Shown: piece after piece, positions 1 to 10,075 of the stretch
How positions within the stretch are numbered: the stretch's first letter is position 1
Layout of the letters: every line of letters begins with the position of its first letter
Position numbers and translations under genes: made by a program
Notes under the pieces: generated by a model
The model's database searches: none
What the model was told of the DNA's origin: nothing
The model's input: the letters and a program-made list of their open reading frames with translations, nothing else
Source: a virus
Taxonomy: Duplodnaviria > Caudoviricetes
IMG/VR virus record: IMGVR_UViG_3300009370_001552
Span: 1 to 64,000 of that record
Reading direction: 5' to 3' (one strand)
DNA: 64,000 nucleotides

Positions 1-437
1 TGTTCATCAAACTCTTCAGGTTCTATACCGAAATCCATTAATATCTTTTCTGGCCCATCAGGATGTAGTGGTGGTTCAATACGAGTAGCAGATACAACTT
101 TACCTCGTTCTAAATGTTTAAGTATCTCTGTATCTAAGTTCGGACAAGCGTACATATCACTATGCCAAATCATAACAATATCACTTGTCGCCATATCCAC
201 CAAATGATCATATAAAATGGTATGTCCTAAACGAGTAGGACCATCGTTACGATGTATTTTGATATTACCATCTTTCTTAGCAGTTTCTTGCATCCACTCC
301 CAAGTTCCGTCATCAGAGAAATCATCTGCCATACATATCTCGTGTATATACCCCAAATTCTTCCGTATTGATGTGTAGGCCCACTTTAAATATTTTAGGG
401 TGTTACGACTTGGTGTAATTAAACTTATAGGTTTCAT
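1..437 (-). CDS. Family 2 (GT-A) glycosyltransferase, 3' end runs off the window
   Basis: Not in the ORF track. Manual translation from ATG at 437: MKPISLITPSRNTLKYLKWAYTSIRKN...EICMADDFSDDGT...DIVMIWHSDMY. GT2 N-terminal pattern (DDxSxDGT, HSD DxD-like). ATGA overlap with the upstream gene. Confidence 0.85.
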   Translation of the reverse strand, partial: MKPISLITPSRNTLKYLKWAYTSIRKNLGYIHEICMADDFSDDGTWEWMQETAKKDGNIKIHRNDGPTRLGHTILYDHLVDMATSDIVMIWHSDMYACPNLDTEILKHLERGKVVSATRIEPPLHPDGPEKILMDFGIEPEEFDE

Positions 438-1054
438 TTTAAATTCCTTATAACAAAATAAAATCGTTGTCCTTGATAATCATGTCCTTCATCTTTATTG
501 GGTTCATTCTCTAATACTTCAACAAGTTCATATTTTTCTTGAATCAATTCTTTGTATTCATCAAAACTGGCTGCATATGGATCCATAGGTCTTGACTTGC
601 CATCTGAATCTTTATTCCACTCTATAAAACATAAACCTTTATCATTTAAACAACTCATCCAACTATCCAATGCCTTTTCAGGATCATAAGAATGGTCAAA
701 TGAATTACTGAAAATAAAATCAACACTATTTACCCATTCATCTTTAACGTCATGAAAATCCCATTCAATAGTATTTGGAAATCTATCCTGAGCCTCATCT
801 GCAATTTCAGTTCCAATAACCGTAACATTCAATCCTAATCTATCAAAGGTTTTATTAAATTCTTCTTGTTCAACTCCCCTGCGAGTTCCATGACATAAAC
901 CAAATGATACCTCTGGATTACAATCAAAAATATAAGAAACTATCCCCCTAACAGAATATGTATCTACCCAACTATGTGTGTTTACTTTTGCACTGTAACC
1001 TACTAACTGTGCATCCTTATATTCTTCATAATTATTAAACTTCCACAATTTCAT
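434..1054 (-). CDS. Class I SAM-dependent methyltransferase-like protein
   Basis: VDFIFSNSFDHSYDPEKALDSWMSCLNDKGLCFIEW matches the post-motif-II/III pattern of Rossmann-fold small-molecule methyltransferases. Confidence 0.6.
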   Translation of the reverse strand: MKLWKFNNYEEYKDAQLVGYSAKVNTHSWVDTYSVRGIVSYIFDCNPEVSFGLCHGTRRGVEQEEFNKTFDRLGLNVTVIGTEIADEAQDRFPNTIEWDFHDVKDEWVNSVDFIFSNSFDHSYDPEKALDSWMSCLNDKGLCFIEWNKDSDGKSRPMDPYAASFDEYKELIQEKYELVEVLENEPNKDEGHDYQGQRFYFVIRNLK

Positions 1055-2004
1055 TTTAATACATCCTTCATAGTTTTTAAAAATACTGTTTCGTGATAAT
1101 ACACAGTATAGTTTTCTATTGCTTTTCTCGAACAGTCATTATAAAAATCTTTGTCATCTTTTAATTCTTTTGCAAGTGATACGGCCTTCTCTATATCATA
1201 TAACCCAACTGATAAATCAGGTTGACATAACCGTTGTGGATCTGATTCTTCATAACCAATACACGGTATCCCTAAAAATGCTGAATTAAGACAAAATGTT
1301 CCAGCAGTTATGGCCGGCATTAGATGAACTGAATATCTATATTCTGCTAATTTGTAAATCCAATCAATAAATTCTATATGTGGTAAAACTGATAATCTTG
1401 GTAATTGGTCATGAAAATCAGTATTCCTCATCTTCGGCATATCAATGGGATTATCATATGTATCAGCCACTAAATAGGAATCAAATCCACCATACCATTC
1501 CGAACAATTACCACCAATCATTGTCTTATCTTGTTTCTCTACCTTACGAGCATCTAATAAATAATCTTCAATCATCAATGTTGGAATTGTATGAACTGGA
1601 GTATTTGGTGCAACTCCTCTATAATATTTATAGTCTATAACATTCTCACTCAATATACCATCAACACTATTCAGAATATTCACATGGATAACTTGATGTG
1701 GTAATTTCATAGTTTGATGAATCCAAGAAGTTGCCTCTTGCATAAACCAAACCTTCTTACCAAATTGTCTTGACTTCTCTACTATATCAAAGGTCAATAA
1801 AAATTCTCTAAGTTGTGGTGTTTTAGATATTAATAATATCACATGGTCATATCCACTTCCATTAAATTTATCTATATTATAAATTGGAAGATGGTCTGAT
1901 TGTAAAGCACACATCTGAGCAAATTCAGTTCTCATGTGTCTATAATCACGTGGTACTTTATCTGTATGTCCTAACTCACTTAGGAATAGTATTTTATTGT
2001 TCAT
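1051..2004 (-). CDS. Hypothetical protein, possibly GT-B glycosyltransferase-like
   Basis: 317 aa ORF in a glycan cluster. C-terminal AGTFCLNSAFLGIPCIG resembles the GT-B E/A-x7-G-P-x-I donor-binding segment. Confidence 0.45.
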   Translation of the reverse strand: MNNKILFLSELGHTDKVPRDYRHMRTEFAQMCALQSDHLPIYNIDKFNGSGYDHVILLISKTPQLREFLLTFDIVEKSRQFGKKVWFMQEATSWIHQTMKLPHQVIHVNILNSVDGILSENVIDYKYYRGVAPNTPVHTIPTLMIEDYLLDARKVEKQDKTMIGGNCSEWYGGFDSYLVADTYDNPIDMPKMRNTDFHDQLPRLSVLPHIEFIDWIYKLAEYRYSVHLMPAITAGTFCLNSAFLGIPCIGYEESDPQRLCQPDLSVGLYDIEKAVSLAKELKDDKDFYNDCSRKAIENYTVYYHETVFLKTMKDVLK

Positions 2005-2758
2005 ATAATTCTTCGTATACTCGTTTTACAAAATAATCTGAACCCCTGTCCAAGGAATTAGTAGGGATGGCATTAAAATGATAAACCCATGCTTGTTCAT
2101 ATAAATTCTGTAATGAATCTCCCCACCATGATTGTCCAAAGTTCAATAAATTTTTACTTACCATGTGATGAAGATTATATGTAGACGGTAATATCTTTAA
2201 ATCAATTTCTTTAGTTTGAACTAAATAATTTATTGGTGTTTGGTCTGTTCCCAAACCAGTCTTTTGTTTTTCTCTTAGTATATCTTGATTATCAAAATAA
2301 AACTCTAAAACCTCATCAAAAAATTCTCTATGAACTTCATTTACTATTTGAAACCCACCATTAAAATACAATCCCCTATCTACTTTATAATTATCAAACA
2401 AATCCTTGTAAAGTCGTAAACTTCTGCCTGTCCATTCCCAACACCCCAAATCTAAAACTCCCACATATTTTCTCTCTGTCATCTCGAAAAAATTTGGTGT
2501 ATCAGGATGAACTATCGTATCGGAATCTACCATCAATACTTGATCAAAATCAACATTATTATGTTCAAGTATTTTAAATAAGTGATATCGTTGCCAAGGA
2601 ATTGTCATTTCATCCCAATCATATAATGCCTTGTCCCACACTAAAACCTCACAATCATTTTTATCTGCCCAATGTTTCCAAGACTTAGTGGAATACTCAT
2701 ATGAATGATGTCTGCCTCGTCCTGCATCTATGGCAGGAATAAATACTATATTCTTCAT
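1994..2758 (-). CDS. GT-A glycosyltransferase (GT8/nucleotide-diphospho-sugar transferase-like)
   Basis: DQVLMVDSDTIVHPD (DxD), YFNGGF, DQTPINY and VYHFN motifs. Confidence 0.7.
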   Translation of the reverse strand: MKNIVFIPAIDAGRGRHHSYEYSTKSWKHWADKNDCEVLVWDKALYDWDEMTIPWQRYHLFKILEHNNVDFDQVLMVDSDTIVHPDTPNFFEMTERKYVGVLDLGCWEWTGRSLRLYKDLFDNYKVDRGLYFNGGFQIVNEVHREFFDEVLEFYFDNQDILREKQKTGLGTDQTPINYLVQTKEIDLKILPSTYNLHHMVSKNLLNFGQSWWGDSLQNLYEQAWVYHFNAIPTNSLDRGSDYFVKRVYEELYEQ

Positions 2759-3450
2759 TTCTTTTGGTGGTTATGTGATAACAAATAAAAATATTTATTA
2801 TCTCTAATATCTCCACTTATATAATTGAATTTTAAATCTGTTTTCCAGGCTGAATAATCAAAACTTAATTGGTCACGTTTACTACCATATTTTAGTTCTT
2901 CCCACCACTTTTCCATTGTTATCTTTACATCTTCTTCATTATGTTTTCTCAATAATATACCAGAAACTATCAAGCCGTTATTTCTTGGATAATGCATATC
3001 CATGTATCTTCCCATTTGTCTTTGTATTAACTTAGGGTCATCTTTAAATTTTTTATTCGGGTCATTATTACCTAAATGGAATATTGCTTCAGCCTCTTGA
3101 TACACACATCCTCTTGGATCCAATTGACAATTTTTATGGTCATGACAAGCAAAATTTCTATCTGATAAATATTTATCTATCATTTCATTTACATCATTTC
3201 TAATTAAAAAGTTTCCATCCATCCAAATACTAATATCATATTCAGACAAATATCTATGTGGTAATAACTTATATCTTCTAGCGTTTCTTGTAGAATCTTT
3301 ATATAAAGGAATTACTTTTCTAACATCCCAAAAATCAGATTCTAAATTAGTATCCGTAAAACATATGAAATCAAAACCATCAGGTACATACTTTGGTGTT
3401 TCTAAATAATCGTAATCACCAAATATAGCAGTATAAATAACTTTACTCAT
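2755..3450 (-). CDS. DUF616 (TOD1/MUCI70-like) glycosyltransferase
   Basis: VIYTAIFGDYD, FICFTD, ISIWMDGN, RGCVYQEA and SKRDQLSF motifs typical of DUF616. Confidence 0.75.
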   Translation of the reverse strand: MSKVIYTAIFGDYDYLETPKYVPDGFDFICFTDTNLESDFWDVRKVIPLYKDSTRNARRYKLLPHRYLSEYDISIWMDGNFLIRNDVNEMIDKYLSDRNFACHDHKNCQLDPRGCVYQEAEAIFHLGNNDPNKKFKDDPKLIQRQMGRYMDMHYPRNNGLIVSGILLRKHNEEDVKITMEKWWEELKYGSKRDQLSFDYSAWKTDLKFNYISGDIRDNKYFYLLSHNHQKK

Positions 3451-4306
3451 CCACTACTGCTCTACCTTTTAATTGTTCCCAATCTTTTTCAGGTCTTACT
3501 TTCAAATTAGTTTTCCAGGCTGCCTTTAATACTCCCATATCAACTCCAATCTCATCACCATACTTTATTAATGCCTGTATATCCTTGGGGAAACAACTAC
3601 CACCAAAACCAAGTTTACCATCATGACCTGGTACATTTAAATGAGAGTGTCCTACTCTGCCATCACGAATAAACCCCTCTAAAGCATGTTCCCATATTGC
3701 ACCACACTCGTCACTCAATAATTTCATATCATTAAGAAATGATATTTTAGTGGCAAAAAATGTGTTAGTCATATATTTAATAAGTTCTGCTGTTTCATAA
3801 TTAGTCTCTATAATTGAAACTGTATTACCAAATCGCCGTCTAAACAATTCACTAACCTCTTTTATATCATCTAAATTTCCACCAAGTATAAATCTTGTCT
3901 GATTGATGAAATCAAAATTAGCTGACCTTTCAGTTAAAAACTCTGGGTTAAATACTATTCTTAAATTAGAATACTTCTCTTGTAACTTTCTCGTTGTACC
4001 AGGAACAACTGTTGACCTCAAAAGAATTATATTATCAACGGATGCAGCATATACATTCATATCATTTAAAGCCTCATCTACTATATCAACATTAATAGTA
4101 CCATCCCTATTAGACGGTGTTGGAACTGATAAAAATATTATATCGCTTTCGATAACGACTTCTTCAAGTGTATGAAGTGATTTACTGGGATTTTTATCAT
4201 ATACTCTTATTTTAGCATCTACTCCTACATTTGGTGAAAATCCATATCGTACAGCATTTCCCACAAACCCACTACCAATAATTCCTATATGTTTATCTAT
4301 TTTCAT
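3443..4306 (-). CDS. UDP-glucose/GDP-mannose dehydrogenase family (short form lacking the C-terminal domain)
   Basis: IGSGFVG Rossmann motif, SVPTP, RSTVVPG, NPEFL, AELIKY..N and catalytic GGSCFPKD. Confidence 0.9.
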   Translation of the reverse strand: MKIDKHIGIIGSGFVGNAVRYGFSPNVGVDAKIRVYDKNPSKSLHTLEEVVIESDIIFLSVPTPSNRDGTINVDIVDEALNDMNVYAASVDNIILLRSTVVPGTTRKLQEKYSNLRIVFNPEFLTERSANFDFINQTRFILGGNLDDIKEVSELFRRRFGNTVSIIETNYETAELIKYMTNTFFATKISFLNDMKLLSDECGAIWEHALEGFIRDGRVGHSHLNVPGHDGKLGFGGSCFPKDIQALIKYGDEIGVDMGVLKAAWKTNLKVRPEKDWEQLKGRAVVDE

Positions 4307-4431
4307 AATATTCTATGTTCTCCCTGTGAGTTATATTTTAAATAATCTATATCAGAATAATCAAACCCACCGTACTTACTGGAGAAATCTTTATTTTTTA
4401 CTCCTACCCACCATACTATATTTTTATTCAT
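4303..4431 (-). pseudogene. 42-aa chimeric deletion remnant of two glyco-genes
   Basis: Unannotated ORF MNKNIVWWVGVKNKDFSSKYGGFDYSDIDYLKYNSQGEHRIL. Its C-half matches the end of the 8120..8968 protein (FDYSNIDYLKYSGKGKEIVL) at both protein and DNA level. Confidence 0.6.
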
Positions 4432-5409
4432 TTAATTTATCCTACTATAATAATTATCCCAATATTCTATCATCTCGTCTAACATTTCTTCAAAAGAATA
4501 TGAATGTTCCCACTTTAAAATCTTTTTGGCTTTACTAGGATCTCCTTTTAAAATTTCTAATTCCTCATGCCTCATATATTTTTCATCAACTGCAACATAA
4601 TCCTTATAATCCATGCCGAAATTAGAAAAGGTGTAATTACATAAATCCATAACAGTATGTGATACTCCAGTAGCACACACAAAATCATCTGGACTATCAT
4701 GTTGTAACATTAACCACATAGCATGAACATAATCTTTAGCATGCCCCCAATCCCTAGCCGCATTTAAGTTACCTAATTTTAACTCACTCGAAAAACCATG
4801 ATAGATAGACACAGCTTCTTTAACCACTTTATTAGTTACAAAATTAGTTCCTCTTCTAGGTGACTCGTGGTTAAATAATATACCATTACTTAAAAACATG
4901 TTGTATGAATTCCTATAGTTTCTCATAAGATTATAAGCAAATACTTTAGCACATCCGTAAGGTGATACTGGATCCAGTGGGGTAGTCTCTCTTTGAAATC
5001 CATCTTCATCTATATTATTACCAAACATTTCAGATGATGAAGCCTGATATACTTTAGCTTCAGGACAAGATAATCTAACCGATTCTAATAAGTTCATAAC
5101 TCCAATGGCGGCAGTTTGAGCAGTATAAAGTGGTTGATCAAATGATATTCTAACGTGAGATTGAGCAGCTAAATTATATATTTCATCCGGTTTAACTATC
5201 TGAAGAACTCTAATTAATGATGCCATGTCTGTCATATCAGCGTATTCAAGTTTTAATTTTGGGAATATATGATCTAGTCGAGCAGTCTGATTTTCAGCTA
5301 CTGAATTTCTTTTTAATATACCGTGTACTTCATACCCCTTTTCTAATAATAACTCAGCCAAATATGATCCGTCTTGACCATTTATACCTGTTATTAATGC
5401 TTTTTTCAT
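4432..5409 (-). CDS. gmd: GDP-mannose 4,6-dehydratase
   Basis: ALITGINGQDGSYLAE, YNLAAQSHV, QASSSEMFG, SPYGCAK, GILFNHESPRRG and RDWGHAKDY. Confidence 0.97.
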   Translation of the reverse strand: MKKALITGINGQDGSYLAELLLEKGYEVHGILKRNSVAENQTARLDHIFPKLKLEYADMTDMASLIRVLQIVKPDEIYNLAAQSHVRISFDQPLYTAQTAAIGVMNLLESVRLSCPEAKVYQASSSEMFGNNIDEDGFQRETTPLDPVSPYGCAKVFAYNLMRNYRNSYNMFLSNGILFNHESPRRGTNFVTNKVVKEAVSIYHGFSSELKLGNLNAARDWGHAKDYVHAMWLMLQHDSPDDFVCATGVSHTVMDLCNYTFSNFGMDYKDYVAVDEKYMRHEELEILKGDPSKAKKILKWEHSYSFEEMLDEMIEYWDNYYSRIN

Positions 5410-6563
5410 TTAGATATTCCTTTATTTATAATTTCAGATATAGTAATTATTTCATCATCTGTCAATTTTGGATGATTTGGTACATAAAATCCACACAAGT
5501 CAACTATGGTAACGTTGGGTAATTCTTTTTTCCCCCACTCTTTAACATAAAATGGCTGAGTTCCCATAGATCCACATATCATTGGTCTTACTTCAATATT
5601 ATTTTTTTGTAATTCTCTAACAATTTCATCTCTATTGGGATGAATAACTGGATAAGCAAAATTGGATACAAATGAATTAGGTTGTGGTTTTACTTTCCAA
5701 TAATCATTCTTAATTAATTTTTGATATAGATTAAAATTATATTCTCTCTTTTTACCCCAATCATCTAATTTATCAATCTGACCCAATCCTATAAATGCAT
5801 TCAAATCAGTTGACCTCAAATTATAACCAGAGTAATAAAATGTATACATAGCATCAAACTCCGAAACATTCCATTCCTTCTGTAATCCAGTTTGGGTTTC
5901 TTTCTTTAAGTCTCTATCCCACCCATGACTTCTAAGTGACACCATCAATTCATATAATTCTTCATCATCTGTAGATATAAATCCACCTTCTATTGTAGAA
6001 ATATGATGACCAAAAAAGGTAGAAAAAGATGACATTCTACCAAAAGTTCCGAGTTTCTTTCCTTTGTACTCACACCCCATTGATTCACAAGTATCTTCTA
6101 ATAACATTACATTATGTCTCTCACACAATTCAACTATTTTATCCATGTTGGGAACTAATCCCAAAACAGAAACCATCATTAAGGCATCTGGATTTTTTCT
6201 CCAAAAAATTTCTTCCAAATGTTCCAAATCAACTGACAAATCATCCATATTACAATCACATAATAATGGTATCATTCCCAACTGCATTACAGGTGCCAAG
6301 TCAGTAGCCCAAGCTACAGAAGGAACAACTACCTGAACATTATTCTTTCTATGATGATACTCTTTGAATGCACTTAACATCAATAGATTAGCTGATGAAC
6401 CTGAATTACAAAATACTGAATATTTTACTCCTAACCAATCAGACCACTTCTTTTCCAATTCTAAAGTCAATGGACCTTTGGTAAGTCTTGGATAAGTACC
6501 AAGCCATTCTATTAACTTATCTATATCATTATTACTTATTGTATCTTTTACTAAAGTTATCAT
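5406..6563 (-). CDS. colD: PLP-dependent GDP-4-keto-6-deoxymannose 3-dehydratase (ColD/E1-type DegT family)
   Basis: DegT fold (NSGSSANLL, EDTCES). The active-site segment FSTFFGHHISTIEGG has His at the position of the Schiff-base Lys, as in ColD/RfbH. Lies between gmd and fcl. Confidence 0.75.
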   Translation of the reverse strand: MITLVKDTISNNDIDKLIEWLGTYPRLTKGPLTLELEKKWSDWLGVKYSVFCNSGSSANLLMLSAFKEYHHRKNNVQVVVPSVAWATDLAPVMQLGMIPLLCDCNMDDLSVDLEHLEEIFWRKNPDALMMVSVLGLVPNMDKIVELCERHNVMLLEDTCESMGCEYKGKKLGTFGRMSSFSTFFGHHISTIEGGFISTDDEELYELMVSLRSHGWDRDLKKETQTGLQKEWNVSEFDAMYTFYYSGYNLRSTDLNAFIGLGQIDKLDDWGKKREYNFNLYQKLIKNDYWKVKPQPNSFVSNFAYPVIHPNRDEIVRELQKNNIEVRPMICGSMGTQPFYVKEWGKKELPNVTIVDLCGFYVPNHPKLTDDEIITISEIINKGISK

Positions 6564-7431
6564 ATACCTTTGATATTCCTTCTTCTAATGTAGTAAATTT
6601 AAAATCTTTTAAAACTGATAATAATTTAGATGAATCTACATCTTTTCTAAATTGTCCATCTGGTTTAGTGTTATCATAATTTACAACTATTTCATCTTTC
6701 TTACAAGCTTTTTTTCCAATATTTGCTATATCATTTATACTATAAACTTCTTCTGGAGCCACGTTAAAATTATCAACTATATCATTATCTATCATGTACT
6801 TTATAATTCTAGCTAAATCACCACCATACATAAATTGTCTTAATGGTTTTCCGGTACCCCATAATTCTATTTCACCATTAGCTTCATATATCTTTCTAAT
6901 TAGAGCCGATACAAAATGACTATGATGTTCTTCATATTTATCATACTCACCATATAAATTACAAGGTATTAAATAACACCACTTCTTATCATATTGTTTA
7001 ACATAAGAATCTATGTGAGCCGCCATACACCTCTTTGCAAAACCATAAGAAAAATTAGTTGGTGTAGGTGGACCATTGAAAAGGTCTTCCTCCAACATAG
7101 GATATCTATCAACCTTATCTGGATAAATACAAGTACTCAATATAGATATAACTCTCTCAACATTAAAATCATGACACTTTTTTAAAATATTAGTATTCAT
7201 CAATATATTTTCTTCGAGATAATCTACCGGACGGTTTATATTATCAACTATACCACCAACACGAGCAGCTAAATGTATAACTATTTTAGGTCTAAAGAAA
7301 TCTAACATAGAATCAACTCTATTTATATCTGTTAAATCAAAGTCTTTTGAAGATATGTAAACAGCATCTGGTAATATATCCTCTAAATGTTTTCCAACTA
7401 AACCAGATCCACCTGTAACTAATATGTTCAT
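6532..7431 (-). CDS. fcl: GDP-L-fucose synthase / GDP-4-keto-6-deoxy-sugar epimerase-reductase (Fcl/ColC)
   Basis: ILVTGGSGLVG, HLAARVGG, LSTCIYP, YGFAKR, PCNLYG, GTGKPLRQF and KPDGQFRK. ATG at 7431 (the ORF track began at an upstream TTG). Confidence 0.93.
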   Translation of the reverse strand: MNILVTGGSGLVGKHLEDILPDAVYISSKDFDLTDINRVDSMLDFFRPKIVIHLAARVGGIVDNINRPVDYLEENILMNTNILKKCHDFNVERVISILSTCIYPDKVDRYPMLEEDLFNGPPTPTNFSYGFAKRCMAAHIDSYVKQYDKKWCYLIPCNLYGEYDKYEEHHSHFVSALIRKIYEANGEIELWGTGKPLRQFMYGGDLARIIKYMIDNDIVDNFNVAPEEVYSINDIANIGKKACKKDEIVVNYDNTKPDGQFRKDVDSSKLLSVLKDFKFTTLEEGISKVYDNFSKRYNK

Positions 7432-8120
7432 CAATGCACTATATCCGATATAATAGAATGATCTTCAGCTATCATAGTATCAGAACTTTCACTGTCTTTA
7501 TACCAATCACTTTTTAAATTTCCTCTCTTATATAAGTGACAAGATTGTAATACATATTTATTTTCAGTACCCAATATTCTATGTGTATCATTCTTACATT
7601 TTTCATCAAGTTCCCAACTCCATAAACTAGAATCTTCCGTAAAATACTTTAAAAAATAATCTCTATTCCACATTGACCAAACGGCTGATTTTCTATATGG
7701 TGATTTTTGTCCCATTTCTATTATATTATAATTTTCTGTAGTCTTAATGATGGAATGTGGTTTATTACTAACTTGATCCGTTAACGCTACCCTTGATATA
7801 TTTTCATCTGTCATAATATTAATTAGATTATCCAGCATATCTACATTAACCTCTCTTATTGGAAAAAAATCATCAACTGAAAAAATAAAATACTTATCGG
7901 ATATATCAGTAAAATAATTAATTATATCCTCACCAACCTTACCAGCACCTCTATCTTCCCCCAAAGATACAAATGTAAAATTACTATCTAATTCAAATTT
8001 GGGTTCTTTGTATCCAAGTATAATGATATTAGGATTTGGTTTCCAATACTTATTAACACAATATTGTAGTCCTTCAACTATATGTGTATTTTTATCTGAT
8101 GTTAAAATATATATGTTCAT
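7431..8120 (-). CDS. Hypothetical protein, possibly GT-A-like
   Basis: 229 aa, FIFSVDDFF DxD-like motif, glycan-cluster context. Confidence 0.4.
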   Translation of the reverse strand: MNIYILTSDKNTHIVEGLQYCVNKYWKPNPNIIILGYKEPKFELDSNFTFVSLGEDRGAGKVGEDIINYFTDISDKYFIFSVDDFFPIREVNVDMLDNLINIMTDENISRVALTDQVSNKPHSIIKTTENYNIIEMGQKSPYRKSAVWSMWNRDYFLKYFTEDSSLWSWELDEKCKNDTHRILGTENKYVLQSCHLYKRGNLKSDWYKDSESSDTMIAEDHSIISDIVH

Positions 8121-8968
8121 TATAATACTATCTCCTTGCCTTTACCAGAATATTTCAAATAGTCTATATTCGAATAATCAAAATCTTTTAGTCTATAATT
8201 AGTCCAGTCACCCACGAATGGTCTGTTTACATTTATACAGCCTGCTATTGCGTCAATACTAGCTCCGACATCCATATAAACTGCGTTCTTGTACTCTTTA
8301 AATTTATGAAGTATACCCGATTTTGAATGTCCCACACCTAACAAAAATATGTCTGAATCAGATTCTTTTAACTGACTCCCAACAAATTCCTCCACTTTAT
8401 CTATATCATCACATGCGTATTTTTGTGGAAAATGAATATAATCATTGAAATCATCAATACCGAGATAATCTTTATATTCTTGCCTCCTAAGCAATTCTTG
8501 AATTAAATATAGTTTTTCGCTAGCACCTAGTATTCCTATTTTTCCACCAAATTCCTTAAAAAACCATCTGTTAGCAACCAGTCCATACGCATACTCAGCC
8601 GGATAACTTATCTCTTTTTGAATTACTTCGTTGAATTTAGATATATTTTCTGGATAAATTTCACATGTGTAATAATCATTAAGTTGAGCCCCACTAATAA
8701 ATTTATCATGGTTTATTTGATTATATGGTACACTAAGTGCTCTCTTACCCGGCGAAGCACTTCCAACTGATTGACCTTTTAAAAAAAAATAATCACCGTC
8801 TCCAAATTTATAAAAGGTTTTAGATTCATTATCGTTTACTAATTGTTTTACGTGTGATTTGTATATCTCTAATCCTTCTTGAAATTGAGGAAACGTATTC
8901 GGATCACCAAAACAAGGATTCGAATCCAAATTATTAGTACCATCTATTTTATATAAATCTAAGTACAC
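8120..8968 (-). CDS. GT-D fold (DUF1792-like) glycosyltransferase-like protein
   Basis: FYKFGDGDY near the N-terminus, and IFLLGVG...MDVGASID near the C-terminus, resemble GT-D motifs. Confidence 0.5.
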   Translation of the reverse strand: MYLDLYKIDGTNNLDSNPCFGDPNTFPQFQEGLEIYKSHVKQLVNDNESKTFYKFGDGDYFFLKGQSVGSASPGKRALSVPYNQINHDKFISGAQLNDYYTCEIYPENISKFNEVIQKEISYPAEYAYGLVANRWFFKEFGGKIGILGASEKLYLIQELLRRQEYKDYLGIDDFNDYIHFPQKYACDDIDKVEEFVGSQLKESDSDIFLLGVGHSKSGILHKFKEYKNAVYMDVGASIDAIAGCINVNRPFVGDWTNYRLKDFDYSNIDYLKYSGKGKEIVL

Positions 8969-10074
8969 TATACTCTGTCCTCAAAATACTTATTAACCCA
9001 ATAAATTACGTAATCAATATCTTCTTCAACCATCCTATTATGACAAGGTAAAGTAATTAACCTTAACCATTCTGTATCTGCTACTGGATACTCTCTATCT
9101 TGTAATAAAGGTGTATATTTATGAAGTGGTTTGAAATGTACTGATGTGTGTACTTTTTTATCAGCTAAATAATCAATCAATGAATCTCTATGTTCTTCTG
9201 GAACCCTTGCCACATAATATTGAACCGTTTCTGAATGCGGTGGGTTTTCAACTATAGAATTTAATTCATTGTTATATCTCGATTGTATATGTCTTCTAAA
9301 TTCTAAATTTGCAGGTAATTTTTTCATTTGTTCCAATCCAATAGCAGCCATTATGTCAATCATATAGTATTTATACCCAAGTATATCAACTTGGTAATCC
9401 CATGCGTATCCAGGTTTACCACTTTTACCTTGTGTTCTACTCCACGTAGAAGAAACACCAAACCAAGTCATTTCTCTACATTTATCTGATAACTCCTTAT
9501 CATTAGTAGTTATCATTCCACCATCTCCCATTGGCATAGTCTTTACTGCTTGGAATGACCATACTGCACAATCACCACCCAAACCGGCTCCTGGTGTATA
9601 ACAACTATGGGCCGTATCTTGAAGTATAAACCCACCAAAAACTTTTCTCAAACCTTCATAGTCGGCCAGTACACCAGCCTTATCTACCGCTATTAATAAT
9701 TCACTATTTGATTTTTTATACCTATCTACATCATCAGGATCTATACAAAGGGTATCCCGTTTAACATCTACTATATTACTTGTGAAATTATTCCAAAGTG
9801 GTATCATGGCTGTGGCTATAAAAGATATGGTTGGATTAATAACATCTATGTCTTTCCAACCCATAGCTTTCATTATTAAATCTTGTCCATGTGAAGCACT
9901 TGTAACAGCTATAGCGTATTTATGACCAACCATTTCGGCAAACTTCTCTTCAAATTCAGCAACCTTAGGACCTTTTCCCCACCAACCACTCTCAATAACT
10001 TCTTGTAATGCTTGTATTTCTTCTTTACCACCTTTAGGTCCTAAAACTGGTAACATATTTTCTCTTATTTCCAT
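8968..10074 (-). CDS. DegT/DnrJ/EryC1/StrS sugar aminotransferase
   Basis: GPKVAEFEEKFA, AVTSAS, QDTAHS and SFQAVKTMPMGDGGM with the catalytic Lys. Confidence 0.92.
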   Translation of the reverse strand: MEIRENMLPVLGPKGGKEEIQALQEVIESGWWGKGPKVAEFEEKFAEMVGHKYAIAVTSASHGQDLIMKAMGWKDIDVINPTISFIATAMIPLWNNFTSNIVDVKRDTLCIDPDDVDRYKKSNSELLIAVDKAGVLADYEGLRKVFGGFILQDTAHSCYTPGAGLGGDCAVWSFQAVKTMPMGDGGMITTNDKELSDKCREMTWFGVSSTWSRTQGKSGKPGYAWDYQVDILGYKYYMIDIMAAIGLEQMKKLPANLEFRRHIQSRYNNELNSIVENPPHSETVQYYVARVPEEHRDSLIDYLADKKVHTSVHFKPLHKYTPLLQDREYPVADTEWLRLITLPCHNRMVEEDIDYVIYWVNKYFEDRV

Positions 10075-10075
10075 T

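Noticed and set aside
8917-8928. tRNA T-arm-like GGATTCGAATCC
   Set aside because: A 12-bp palindrome inside a coding sequence with no acceptor, D or anticodon arms around it.
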